From the human T2T-CHM13v2.0 reference genome, Homo sapiens: a stretch of 64,000 nucleotides of DNA. The position numbers and the translations under genes were made by a program. The notes under the pieces are model-generated. The model was not told the DNA's origin. It was given only the letters and a program-made list of their open reading frames with translations, and ran no database searches. Of this stretch, positions 12,065 to 26,087 are shown one piece after another. The stretch is taken from the NCBI RefSeq assembly GCF_009914755.1, contig NC_060934.1; one strand, written 5' to 3'. The stretch's first letter is position 1. Every line of letters begins with the position of its first letter.

Positions 12065-12283
12065 CAATTTGGGAGATAGAAACCCAAATGCATAATTTGG
12101 GGGTTAGAAATTTAACTGCTCTGAGGGACCTGGCAGAGAGAAGTTGGTCAGTGCAAGACAGAAGGAAGTAGTGGAACTTGGCAAGAGCTAGCCCACCATG
12201 AAGTCATTCAGATTTGAACATTTATAAATATAATGGGTTTGGAAATAAACAAAACGATACACACATGGGCTACAGATTATTAG

Positions 12284-12679
<396 letters not shown>

Positions 12680-12824
12680 TAGCCAGCTCTTTCCAGTGCC
12701 CAGCCCATGTGGTGCCCAGTACATGTGGGCGTTCAATAGATACTCATTGAATGAATGGTGCTGTCACAGTGAAAAGCTAAGGCTCCTCCTTCCCTGGTGA
12801 CTATGCCCCTCCCTACCTTCCTAG

Positions 12825-13048
12825 GTCATCAGTGAGAGAGATATCCTGGGGTCTCAGCTTGTTCGGCGCAATGATGAGTTAGCTTTGCTCTATGAGAAGA
12901 TCAAGATCCAACAGTCTGTGCTGAATAAAGGGGAGAGCCAGTACAACCAGAGGTTGGAGGACATGAGAATCCTCAGACTTGAGATCAAGAAGCTTCGCCG
13001 GGAAAAGGGGATTCTTGCCAGGAGTATGGCTAATGTTGAAGAACTCAG
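12825..13048 (+). CDS. CFAP58: CFAP58 coding exon (probably 13), 224 nt, phase 0-2: VISERDILGSQLVRRNDELALLYEKIKIQQSVLNKGESQYNQRLEDMRILRLEIKKLRREKGILARSMANVEEL(R)
   Basis: Acceptor ccctaccttcctag, donor CAG|gtaata. Contains the ERDILG.QL.RRNDEL.LLYEKIK motif typical of the CFAP58/CCDC146 family. Confidence 0.96.
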
Positions 13049-14249
13049 GTAATAGATTATAGAACTCAGGGCTGAAGGCACAGTGCAACGTGGGGAGCTC
13101 CTAAAATCACTTCGTAGTCATGCTTGTTGCTCATTGAAGGTCTTTATCGAGTTGTACAAAATGAAGTTTACAGGATGAAATTATTAACAAATAATAAGAG
13201 CAGCTTTTCCATAACATCTCCATTGTGCCCATGCTGTGTCACAATAATGAACCAGCTTCCTTTCGGGGGGGTAAGGGCGAGTGCAAAAAGGTTTTTAAAA
13301 AACCGCATTCTGCATTTTACAAAAGAATTTTCAAGGAAATTAGTTACAATTCAGAAATTTTTTCCCCCAATGAGCTTTCTTGAATTTCTTTAATAAGTCA
13401 GTATGCAAGAGAGGGAGCATCAATATTGAAATTTAATCTGGTAACATTTGCACATCTTTTTCTTGGAATTATATACAGGAAGAAAAGAGGTGGAAAATAT
13501 AATTTTACCACTACTTGAAAACTTCGTTTCCTTAGAAGGCGGCCAAATTTTGTATCTCACTTTTGATTTATCTTCTGCAGCTTTCACTTTAGCTTAGTGC
13601 GCCTTCTTCTTTCTTTAAATCTTGCATTACACAAGATCTACTTTCCCTTTGGGAAAACGTCACCATGTTTTATATAGGCAATTGCAGGAAACCAAATAAG
13701 AGTTCTGGTATTTTCTCAGTAGCTATCCTTATTCCCCACAGACTTGTAGATGAACAGTATCCTTGACCATCTTGGAATAAGGACATGGTTTGGATCTGCT
13801 TCTCAAATCAATTGGGTTAGAAGATAGTTTGGATATTTAAATGCAATGAATATATGCAGGAATAGCGAGGTTGCCACTATCAAGGATAAATCAATACTTT
13901 TTCTTTTTTTTTTTCTTTTGGAGTTGCTTGTATTTCAGATGACGAAAGCAGTACAAATTCATTGTAGAAAATGTGAGAAATGCAGAAAAAATATAAAGAA
14001 GGGATTAGAAAATCACTCATAACTTTACTACCCAGAGATACCACCACTGACATTTTGGAGACAAATGGATTCATTCTAAGTAGCTATCGAATAGTCTCCA
14101 AACCATCACTAAACTTGTCAGCCATGAGTTATTTTTATTACATACACAAAGGACCACATTTTATCCATTCCCATTCAGTATTGCTAGTTTGTTGTTAATA
14201 TATTTTATTTTTCTTTTCAATGGGAAGACAACTTAATAAATGTTGGAGG

Positions 14250-14420
14250 TAAGCTAGTATGAATTCCAATCTGTCTGGCTACCTACAAGCTGTGTGACCT
14301 TGGGCAAGTCACTGACCTTCCCTGAGCTTTGGACTTGGTGTCACAATTAAACAGGAAAACAAATCAATGTGCCTAGTATAGAGTCTAGTACAAAGCAGGC
14401 CGTCAAATACGGTAGCTAAT
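14250..14420 (+). mobile_element. MIR
   Basis: gctgtgtgaccttgggcaagtcactgaccttccctgagc. Confidence 0.65.
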
Positions 14421-14894
14421 ATTTCTGCCCTCCCCTTCTGATGACATTCTAGAAAATTGAAGTGTTAAAAATATGCTTTTAATTCTAAGCAGCTTGCTCT
14501 GAGCGCCCTGTTGAGTGAACATCATGCAGTTAATTCTAATGGTTTGTCTTGCTAATGAGGGGAAGTTGTATTATTGGTTTAAATGAATCGATTAAGTAAA
14601 AGAGATGGCTTAGTATTAGTAATCTGCACCCCTGCAGCAGGCGAGGACAGGTAATAATATCCTTATTGCCCATGTCAATGCAAGTGCTTGCTTCTTCTCT
14701 GCCTCCCAATGTCTCATTCGATAGGGCGACAGCCAGCTCGCAACACTGAGGATGGCTGTCACATATTACCTATCAACTACAGATTTCTGAAGATTTTAGC
14801 GGTGTGTTTCAGCCAGAGCTAGTTATTCAGGACTTTTTTAGCCATCTGTGTGGTTGTGGAACTCAGGATAAAATCTCATTACAACTTCTAACTT

Positions 14895-15065
14895 GGATTT
14901 CTCAATCCGGACTGCATGTGAGAATTGCCAAGACCTCTGAAGCCGGGGACCCATGCTAGACTATTAAACAGAATCCCTGTAAGGATTGGGTCCAGGAGAA
15001 GAGGTATTTTTCAAAGCTCCCCAGGGGATTTCAATGTGTAGTGAGGGTAGAGACGTATGCCCTAA
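14895..15065. mobile_element. MER5A-like MITE
   Basis: tttctcaa...cagaatcc...gtatttttcaaagctccccaggggatttcaatgtg. Confidence 0.7.
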
Positions 15066-15204
15066 CTAGTGTTAGGTTATCACCTGAGCCTCAATATATT
15101 GCTGTCAGGTGCTGAGTTTGTGGACTGTAGCCTGTTCACTTATTACCACTATAGAGACATTCAGAAACATTAAACAGTATATTGAAACTGTCATAATTCA
15201 CTGC

Positions 15205-15572
15205 TGAAATGGTCTGACTCTGTGTCCCCACCCACATCTCACCTTGAATTGTAATAATCCCCACGTGTCATGGGTGGGGTCCAGGTGGAGATAATTGAAC
15301 CATAGGGGTAGTTTCCCCCATGCTGTTCTCATTGTAGTGATGTAGTGAATAAGTCTCACGAGATCTGATGGTTTTTATAACTGGGAGTTCCCCTAGAGAA
15401 GCTCTCTTGCCTGCCACGATGTAAGATGTTCCTTTGCTCTCCCTTTGTCTTCCTCCATGATTGTGAGGCCTCTCCAGCCATGTGGAACTGTGAGTCCATT
15501 AAACCTCTTTCCTTTATAAATTACCCAGTCTTGGGTATGTCTTTATTAGCAGTGTGAGAAAAGACTAATACA
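15205..15572 (+). mobile_element. THE1 (C/D-like) ERVL-MaLR solo LTR, sense to CFAP58
   Basis: tgaaatggtctgactctgtgtccccaccc...cttgaattgtaataatccccacgtgtc...ttacccagtcttgggtatgtctttattagcagtgtgagaaaagactaataca; TG...CA termini, ~370 bp. Confidence 0.9.
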
Positions 15573-15873
15573 ATCCCCCTGCCCTTTGTTCTTTTCGTAT
15601 ACTTATAAATTTATTGAGTATCCAGAACCATGACTCTGACTCTGAAGCCCTGGCACTTTTTTTTTTTTTTTTTTGAAAGCTAAGCCAATTCTTGAGCTCT
15701 GCAAGAATTAATATCATCTTGCCCAGAATTAGGAGGCTGGTCCCTGTGTTCACAATATTCTCCCTAACTCCAACTTTTTATATAAGACATAGTGTGTATG
15801 CAACTAATTAAAGATAGATAGGATATTCAAACGGGTGGATAATTCTTTGCAAAATCAAGTTTGTCTTATTCAG

Positions 15874-15985
15874 ACAGGAGTTTTTTCACATGCAAAGAGA
15901 ATTGTTGAAGGAGAGGACACGCTGCCGAGCCCTGGAGGAGGAGCTGGAGAATCCCCTGAATGTGCACAGATGGAGGAAGCTCGAG
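15874..15985 (+). CDS. CFAP58: CFAP58 coding exon (probably 14), 112 nt, phase 2-0: (R)QEFFHMQRELLKERTRCRALEEELENPLNVHRWRKLE
   Basis: Acceptor tttgtcttattcag, donor GAG|gtaaca. Phase matches the preceding exon. Conserved LEEELENPLNVHRWR.L motif. Confidence 0.96.
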
Positions 15986-16706
15986 GTAACATCTGGCAGC
16001 GTGTTCTCCCCATCCCCAAATCTCTCCTCCTATCCCACGCGAAGCTTCTAACCTAAAGCACAATGAGAAGCGAGGTTTTATTTAATGCTATGCAAATTGT
16101 CACCTAAAATGTAAGGCTGTATCTGATGTAAATTGAGTTTTCTCAGAACCAGATGGTTCATTTGGGTTTTGTTTTAAAAGTCTTGCACAAAATTCTTTCT
16201 ACCTAAAGAAAGCCCAGTGAAAGCTGTGAACCTGCCTCACCAATTGACATTTATTTTTCTGGCTTGGGTAGGTTTTGGTTAACCAGTTATCCTAAGGCTG
16301 CCTGTTAGTCTTGGATGTTCGTGGCCTTTAATGATATTGGTCACCAGCATCTCCACCATCTTTCAATTGATCTTTGCATCCTTTTATTACTTACAGAAAA
16401 TACGGTTTTGTGAACTGCCCTCTTTTTGAAAGCATTGCGTTAGCCAAGCCCTTTCTCTTAGAATCTGGGGACACAGCTAAAGTCCCATTGGTAGGGGATG
16501 GATAATCAACTTCATATTTAATTTAATTCTATGACTTTCTGATAGTCATTACCACCAGCACTGAAAATGACAGTTAAAGACAAACTCTTGCTTATTCAAG
16601 AAAAAGCCATCTCTTTAGTTGTAACTAGCAATGTGGATGCTAAAAGGGCCTTCGACTAAATGAATGATCAGGGTATTGGGAGATGTAAGTATGTCATATA
16701 AGATAA

Positions 16707-17041
<335 letters not shown>

Positions 17042-17973
17042 TTTGTTTTTCATTTTAATTTTTTTTCTTTAAGAATGGAAAAGACAATATGTATTTTACA
17101 TAGGGACCTGTAAGAGAGGAAAAAACAAAAATTCCTTTATTTTTGTTTTTACTTTTTATTTTTTCCTTATAAGAAAGAAAATCAGCCAGGTAGATTCTTG
17201 TTTTCCATTTTTATTTTTTCCTTTTAATGAAGAAAGCATTAAGGATAATGCATTATAAATTGTTATGTAAACATGAGGCCTGAATTTTAACAGCGTCCAA
17301 CCCTGCCGGGTGAATGTGTGCCAAATCTAGTCCCAATAGATGGATATCAGTTGGCACTGCTTAGTATTTCTTAAGCAAAGTCAGAGTCAATAGCATCTCT
17401 CTTTTTCTTTTCTCTTTTGGACCCTCATTCCTTCCTCTTCAAATGCCAAGAGTGGTGTAGTTTACTAACCCAATAGTAATATGGATATGTCTGCAGAAGT
17501 GGAGATGAAGATTTTAAATTCATTTACTGTCACATTAGTTTATTCCATGTGTTTTCATGCAGATCTTTAAAGTTTCCAATTCCACATCAATTTCTGTTAG
17601 AAAAATTAGAAAATAGAGACTCTGGGAGGCAGTTGAAAATATTTAGCTGTTAGATTAATTCAAAATGTCAGTACAGTTGAAAGTGAAGCCTTGGCTGAAA
17701 GTGTAGAGGACACATTACCAATTTATAACTGTATATCTTGTTTGAATTGTACACAACTAGTGAAGGAACATCAAAGCTTTGTGGATTGATAATTCCATTT
17801 CAGAGCTAAATGCCATGGTAGTGTTCTGCTGCCAATAATTAGCAGAAGTCCACATCCTGGAAGCGGTCCCCATCATAGACTGCAGTGAATCTTCCTGTTG
17901 ACAATTACCAAAGGAGAATCCTAAGGCTGAGTGAATTAGGGAGCCCTGCTTCATTCCATTCAAGAATTCTAGG

Positions 17974-18257
17974 GGCTGGGCACAGTGGCTCACACCTGTA
18001 ATCCCAGCACTTTGGGAGGCCAAGGTGGGAGGATTGCCTGAGCCCAGGAGTAAACCTGGGCAGTCTAGTGAGACCCTGTCTTCACAAAAAAATTAACCAG
18101 GTGTGGTGGCATGTGCCTGTGGTCCCAGCTGCTTGGAGACTGAGGCAGGAGGATTGCTCGATCCCCCAGAGTTCAAGGCTGCAGTGAGCCATGATCGCAC
18201 CACTGCACTCCAGCCTGGGCAACAGAGTGAGACCCTGTCTCAAACAACAACAACAAA
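17974..18257 (+). mobile_element. AluJ
   Basis: ggctgggcacagtggctcac..., J-type ggattgc..gagcccaggag, (CAA)n tail, TSD aagaattct. Confidence 0.93.
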
Positions 18258-18319
18258 AAGAATTCTGGAAAATTAAGTAAACAGAGGAGATGGTAGGGTA
18301 AGCCTCAGAGCATAGGAAT

Positions 18320-18560
18320 TGAGAACTATGCCTTTGGAGCTTGGCATATTTGGGCGTGATTCCGGCTCTGAGCCTTGCCAGTCTGGGTAAATGACTTAGT
18401 TTCTCTCAGCCTCAGTTGTCCTATCAGTATAAAAGGAGAAGACATACTGTCTCCTAGGGCTGTCCTGCAGCTAAAGTATAATGTTGTATAAAAAGCACTT
18501 AGCATAGTATCTGGATGGTGGCAAAGAATCATATATCAAGCATAGTAGCTACCATTATTG
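18320..18560 (+). mobile_element. MIR
   Basis: ctgggtaaatgacttagtttctctcagcctcagttgtcc...aaagcacttagcatagt. Confidence 0.7.
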
Positions 18561-18833
18561 TTATTACCACTGGTGGAATAAACATATTTACTTTGTATTC
18601 ATAGAATAACTAATGCCATAGAAAAAACACTAGGAAAACTGCAGTCTGCCTTTTTGGGGACAGGAATTTATGATTTTCTCATCTATTATACTTTATTTTT
18701 GGTTCTAATTCTCTCTGTATTAGGTCTGCAGGTTTGCAACAGATTTTAATAAGACAATGTGCATTTTACATAGAGGCCTCAGTGCTTTGAAGCTGATGAT
18801 ATCTCAGCTGCTATTGTTGTTCCCCTTGGACAG

Positions 18834-18938
18834 GCCAGCGACCCCAATGCATATGAGCTGATACAGAAAATTCACACCCTGCAGAAGCGTCTCATCAGCA
18901 AGACTGAAGAGGTGGTTGAAAAAGAGCTGCTCCTCCAG
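18834..18938 (+). CDS. CFAP58: CFAP58 coding exon (probably 15), 105 nt, phase 0-0: ASDPNAYELIQKIHTLQKRLISKTEEVVEKELLLQ
   Basis: Acceptor ttccccttggacag, donor CAG|gtagca. Continues the RWRKLE-ASDP motif in frame. Confidence 0.95.
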
Positions 18939-19431
18939 GTAGCATTTTTGTTTTCTGTACTCATTGTACAAGTCCTTAGCACCACCATCTCCAGGACTAC
19001 GTTCTTAGAATTAGTTATTTGGCAGCATTGCATGTCCTGTATTTAACTGTAGATGGCAACAGTGACTTACACATAAAGAACAAGCACAGCCTGATTAATT
19101 GGTCTTTTACGTTGCGATCACTGATATTTCAAGAATTCTGGAAAATTAAGTTCAAGGCTAGACTTACTGCAATGGGTAATGTGAGCAACCCCCATCCCAC
19201 TTCTCTACAGTTTTATTTATCAGATTCTTTTAAACATTTTTCTTCATATCTTCATATAATGCAAAATGCTGTGATTTTGATTTTGAAAATAAGCTTTCTC
19301 ATAGAGCACAAATGATCTGTTCACATGAAGATTTATGTGAGTGAAATGGAAGAAGAGATTTCTTTTTGAGGATTTTATGCAGTAAATTGTTCTGTAGCAA
19401 TTAGGCCTATATCTTTGCAAGGGCCAGCTGT

Positions 19432-19480
19432 CATCATCATCACCATCTTCCTCACTGCCATCATCATCATCATCATCATC
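19432..19480. repeat. Imperfect (CAT)n repeat
   Basis: catcatcatcaccatc...ccatcatcatcatcatcatcatc. Confidence 0.85.
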
Positions 19481-19841
19481 ACTTACTGCATGCCAGATAT
19501 GCTGGTGGCTTTACCTACTTGGTCCCATTTCCTCTTTGCAGTTCAGGAAGCAGGTGTGGTCATCCCCAGCTGATGACCGAGGAAGTCAGCGCCCACGAGT
19601 TTAGTGTGGATGAGAATGTCAGCTCTTGAAGTTAGATGGCTTGGTTTGGAATACTGCCAGTTGCTATGTCAGTTTAACTTCATTGCACCTGATGTTCTTA
19701 GTCTGTATTATGGGACAATAACAGAACCTGTGAAAATGGATATTGTGAGGATGGAAAGGGTTTAGTATTATCCATGGTAACATGGTGTCTAATAAATATT
19801 AGCAATTATTCATGTTACTTTGGATTCCAAAACCCATAATT

Positions 19842-20140
<299 letters not shown>

Positions 20141-20961
20141 CCAAAGCCCATAATTTTAATCACTAGGTTAATATTAGTAGGAGTAGGAACTTCTATATAT
20201 GAGTAAGGGACATTTGCTCCTTCTGTTTTACAGTCTACCTTAAGAAAGATATTTACCCTAAAGTTGGGTATACAGTAAATAGCCTTCCAGAATATCATGA
20301 CACTGAATGGCCAACAGGGATTTTCCTCTTCTCTTGTAGATTACTGTGTGGTTGAGGGAGTAGACTTTGGAGTCCAGAAAGATCTGGTCTTAAATCAGTT
20401 TCAATCCTTGATCATTTCGTGACTTTAAGAGAATTACATACATTGTACAAATCTCAGTTTTCCCATCTGTAAAATGGGGATAATAATACGTGTTTTTTAT
20501 AATGGGAGGAGGATACTCTAATCAGAGTACATAGTTTGGATGTCTTGTAAGGATAACCAATTAGTACGTGGCACTGGGCTTTGACAGTCCAGAGTTTGCT
20601 GTTCCACTGATGCTGGCCACAAGTCATTTCCCAAGTCTGTGCAGCTGGTTAAGTGCTAGGGTGGGACTTGGTCCCGGCAGTCACTCCAGAGCTCATGCTT
20701 TCTACTTCCTTGTGTGTTCTGTTATCACCACTTTGTTAGTTTTAAAAAGAACCAAATCTTATGTTTGCCAAGCATCTGTATTATAAGTTTGTTTTATATT
20801 TCATGGACTGCTCTAACTTTATTATTTCCTTCCCTCTATATACTCTGGGTTTACTGGGTTCTTCTACCTTTTTAAGGTTAATGCTCAGCTCATCAATGTT
20901 CAGTCTTCTCTTCTAATATAAATATTTCAGTTATAAAATGTCTTTTAAATAATTTATTTAG

Positions 20962-21257
<296 letters not shown>

Positions 21258-23060
21258 TATTTAGTTCCTTTCCACAGGTTTTGATATGGGGAATTTTCAT
21301 TTAGTCCTAAATGTTGTATATTTTCAGAATTATTTCTCCTTTGACAGTAAGTCTTAATAAATATTCACTATTTCTCCTAATCATAATTAGGAGATATTTT
21401 ATAATATTTTAGGATAATTAAAAGTGTATTTTAAATTTTCCAAATATATATGTATTTAAGTTATCTTTTACTTACTGATTGGTCACTTTTCTGCATTGTT
21501 GTCTGTATTATACAGATTCTTTGGAATTTGTTGAACTTGATTTGTGACCAACTAAGTGGTCAGTTTTTATACCTGACGCCTGCTGTTTGAAAAACATACA
21601 TACTCTCTAAATGCTCTGGGTTCAGTGTTCTCTGTTTGTTCGTTAGATCAACCTTGTTAATTGTATTGTCCACATCTGTACTTTTCCTAATTTTCTGTCT
21701 GCTTAATCACTGAAAAAAGTTTGGAGATTTGTCTTATTTCTCCTTCTCTCTGACATTTTTCGCTTTAAGAACATTTTAGATCATGATAAGGTGAGTATAA
21801 GATTATAATTTTTATTTCTTCCTGCTTGAATTGCTCCTTTCGTATTATGTAAGAACTCTCGTAATAATATTTTTACTTACAAATTTGCCTAGTATTAACA
21901 TAGCTCAATCAGCTGGATTTTGAAAAGTAGTTTTCCTATATTTTTACTTTTAAACTTTTGGTGTCTTTGTACTTTAGGAATATCTCTTGTAATTAAAAAA
22001 AAATCTTATCTTTGTGTTTAGTTTGTTTATTGATAATTTTAGGTTTATTTCTACCTTCTTATTTTCCCTGATTTTTTGTAATGCTCAAAAAAATTCTATC
22101 AGACTGAGTTTTCTTTATGTTCTGTTTTCCTGTTTACCAGTCTTCCCACTAACCATTACTACCTATTCCCTTTTTACAGTTTTTCTTTTACTCAACAGTT
22201 ACCACCACTCAGTATAATATTCTCTCTCTGTCTCTGATTCCCTTAAATACATTATCTTAATTCTTTGTTTTTCTCTTTCATAGATTCCCTTAAAAATTCA
22301 CCATGCATAGTTGACATCAAATCTAAAGTCTAAAGTTGATCAATATCTTTCTCCTTCTTACAAACAGTGTAAGGATTTGGAATGCTTTAACTGCAGCTAC
22401 CCTGCTGTTTCCAAAATCAGCCATCACCACTATTATGTTATAGAGTCAATTTGTTAAGATTTACCAACATGTTTACCAGTTCTTTTGTTTTCTATTTCTA
22501 CATATCTCCAATTCCTTACTTCTGGGTTCTGTCTCTTCCTTTTTGAAGTATATCCTTTCATAGTTCTTTAACCAATAGATTTTTCAATGGTTAACACTCT
22601 CCTTTGCTTGTCTAAAAATGTTTTTAATTTGGCCTTATTTGTAAATGATTAACTTGAAATGTTATTTCTATTAGCACTTTGAAGATGTTGGTCCTTTGTG
22701 TCCCCAGCTTCCAGTGATGTGACTGAGAAGTCTGCTGTACGTCTAATTGTTTCTGCTCCTTTTTAGGTGACCTGCCTTTTCTTCTGTTTGATAGTTAGAT
22801 CTTCTCTTTGCCTTTGATGTTTCAGAGTTTCAGCACAACGCATTTGGGTATTAATTTAGTTTTGCTTACTATGTTCAGAACACACTCCATTTCCTGAATC
22901 TGAGGGTTCCTGTGTCTTCGAATAGTCTCTTCTTTAGTGTCTTTATTCACTCCTCCTGGAACTCTTATTAGAAGTACGTTGGGTTTTCTTATTCTTTTTT
23001 CCTATTTACTGACCTAGTTGATGTTTTTCTTCTCTTTAACTCTTTGTTACATTTTCTTAG

Positions 23061-23350
<290 letters not shown>

Positions 23351-25850
23351 TAATCTTAATCTTCTTGTTCACCAGTTCTTTCAGTGTGCTTATCTGCTAA
23401 TAGTCAATCCACTGAGATTTTATTTTCAATTATTTTATTTTTATTTTATAGAGACTCTTTTTCACATATGCCTGGTTTTTGTTGATAGTTTCTTGATCTT
23501 TTCTCATGTTTTACATCCTTCCTTTATGTCCCCAATTAATTCAAAAATTTATTTTATAGTCTTAATCTGAGTGTTCTATTATTGAAGTTCTCGAGGGGTT
23601 TTCCTGTTTGTTGTGACTGCTGACTTTCACTCATGGTGGATTTTTCTTTTTGTGTTTTGTGATTTTGGATTGTGAACTCATTTTCAGAAAGCCTTTATTT
23701 GGGGACTTGGGAATGGTTCAGGTTAAGGGTATGTCCATTCATTTGTTTCTGCCAGGTGCCTTAGAAGGTATCATTTGCTTAGAATAATTTTTTTTTAATG
23801 TTAAATTCTCACTTTGGGTTTCTTGGACTACTTGGCTAACATATACTAGAACCTCAAACTCTTGTGACAGAAGATGAATGGATACAAATTCTTAGGGAAG
23901 CAACTTTTTTTTTTTTCCCCCACCCAGAGCCCAGGAGAGATAGTTAGGTTTCCTTGTGGTCTTCCTGTCCCAGTGGGTAGATTTCTATTGTATCTTTTTG
24001 CCAAGGGTGAAACTTTTAAAAGTCACTAACTTTATGCTGAGGAATCTTAGTACTAACACCCACTTCACACAGGCCCAGCACCTTATCCTTTGCCTTCTTG
24101 TGGCCACTAAAATCCAGGCCCTTTGTTCAGCTATCCCTCAGGGGAGAGCTGCAATATATATCTATTCACTGTTCTAACATGCAGTTCAGGCTTTGATTTT
24201 GACACTTGAGCAAACTAATTGAAAATTCTGTTTTGTGATTAAAACTCATGCTGAATTGTTTTACTCAGCATGTCTAATGCTTTGTGGACATTAGTTTTCA
24301 TGTTATTTAGTCTGACATATTGCCATAAACAGAAATCTCTTATTTGCTTGACTCACTAGTTTCTTCATCCATAAGTTGGGGACAATAATAGTACCCATAG
24401 AATTGTGTTAGTTCACATAAAAGTTTAATAGAATTCTTAGTTCTCATTAACAATGTTATTAATAATAGTATTATTATTAATATCATTAATTACCAGCACA
24501 GTTTTTCCAGGCCTCCAAAGTTTAATGTCCTGTCTCAATCCCTTTTAATCAATTCCTTATTTAGCGTTTGGAATGGTTGGGCTCTCCTGTGCCTGCTGTG
24601 ATTTTTCTCAGCAGCTTGTATAACCCCAGACAACAAGCCTTGTTATCTTGCTGAAGCCCCAAGTGTTCCATAGGATTTGACAGTTTCTCAATTTCATCTT
24701 TTAAAACTAAAATATTAGAGAAGTTCTCTGTACTCACAATAGAATATTTTGCAATTAGGAAGACTTTGGGTTGAATTCTTCTGAGTATCACAGCAATTTT
24801 TAAATAACTGTTTAATCTGTTATGTGGTGATAGACAGACCCCATCATTTCCAAGCAGCAGGTACGATGGAAGCCTATGTTCAAGCCCCACTCGCCTGTGA
24901 ACTCTTTGAGGAGGGGCGCTTCCCAGTTCTCCTCTCTAATCCCAGTGCCTGATACAGTACTGGGCACACAGATGCTCATTATAGACGGACTGGCTCTCTG
25001 CCTGGGCAACTCCTGCCTACCCTTTAGGTCTTAGCTTAAATATTTTTTCCTTAGGAAAGCCCCTTTTCCTAGGTTAGGTGTCTTGGTACACGTTCCCGTA
25101 ACTTAACTTCTTCCTTATACCACTCATCACACTTGTAATTAATGAAATAGTTGTAATTAATATGTAATGGCTCTTTCCTGTTAGACTATAAGCTTCGCAA
25201 AGGAGTTCTGGTGTCTGTCTTGTTGATCATCACATCCCTAATTTCTCATCCACAAATATTTGTCTAGCAACTTATTAAAGGTTGAAAGATTTGTGGTCCT
25301 TCAGAAAGTGGTATGTTGCACAGTCATTTAAGTTCGTCTTCGAGCTCTGAGAGGTGGCCTTTGCGTTTTTTTATTGACTTCTGACTTTTCAGGAGTCTGG
25401 AATTTACTGTGGGTTTATGGATCTGTAAACTTGATGCAACCTGTCAGTGTCCTTTTTGTTTGTGGAGGCAGGCTGATTCATGCGGGTCTGTCAAAGTTCT
25501 TCCCTTGCTTGGGATTAACGTGAAAATGGTTCTTGAGACTAACTTTATAGCTTCAGTGGTAAGATGGAGAAGTCTGTATTCTTGCCAGAATTGGAATCTA
25601 AGGTATGAACAGGAAGGATTTCTTTTCTTCTGCTCACCAAGCTACTCTCCCCTTCAGAGAAGCAGGGGCAATGGAAACGTACCTGAAGTGTACCTCCTGG
25701 TGGCCTCTCCTTGCTGTTGTTGCTTCATTTGTTCCTCCTCTCATCTGAATCCTTCAGGATTAATGACTTCTTTTTTCTTTAAAGGCATCTGTGGGATGAG
25801 GCAGGTCTATATGCCTTGAGTAACTGCTATCCATTACCTGGGTATCATTA

Positions 25851-25894
<44 letters not shown>

Positions 25895-25997
25895 AGATGG
25901 CATTTCTAATAATGGGCATAAGGCATGATAGCATTGGCATCATCATCATCATCAAGATGGCATTTCTAATAATGGGCATAAGGCATGATAGCATTGG
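25851..25997. repeat. (CAT)14 plus perfect 60-bp tandem duplication (25878-25937 / 25938-25997)
   Basis: Unit catcatcatcatcatcaagatggcatttctaataatgggcataaggcatgatagcattgg occurs twice with no mismatch. Confidence 0.97.
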
Positions 25998-26087
25998 AGT
26001 AGGAAGCTCTAACCTCTTGCTAGAGGCATTTAAAACATGATGAACACTCAGAGCTACTCAAATGGTTTCTTCCAAATGCTTAAATAT

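Noticed and set aside
25816-26040. Poly-isoleucine ORF with a repeated peptide
   Set aside because: Product of the CAT microsatellite and 60-bp duplication; non-ATG start.
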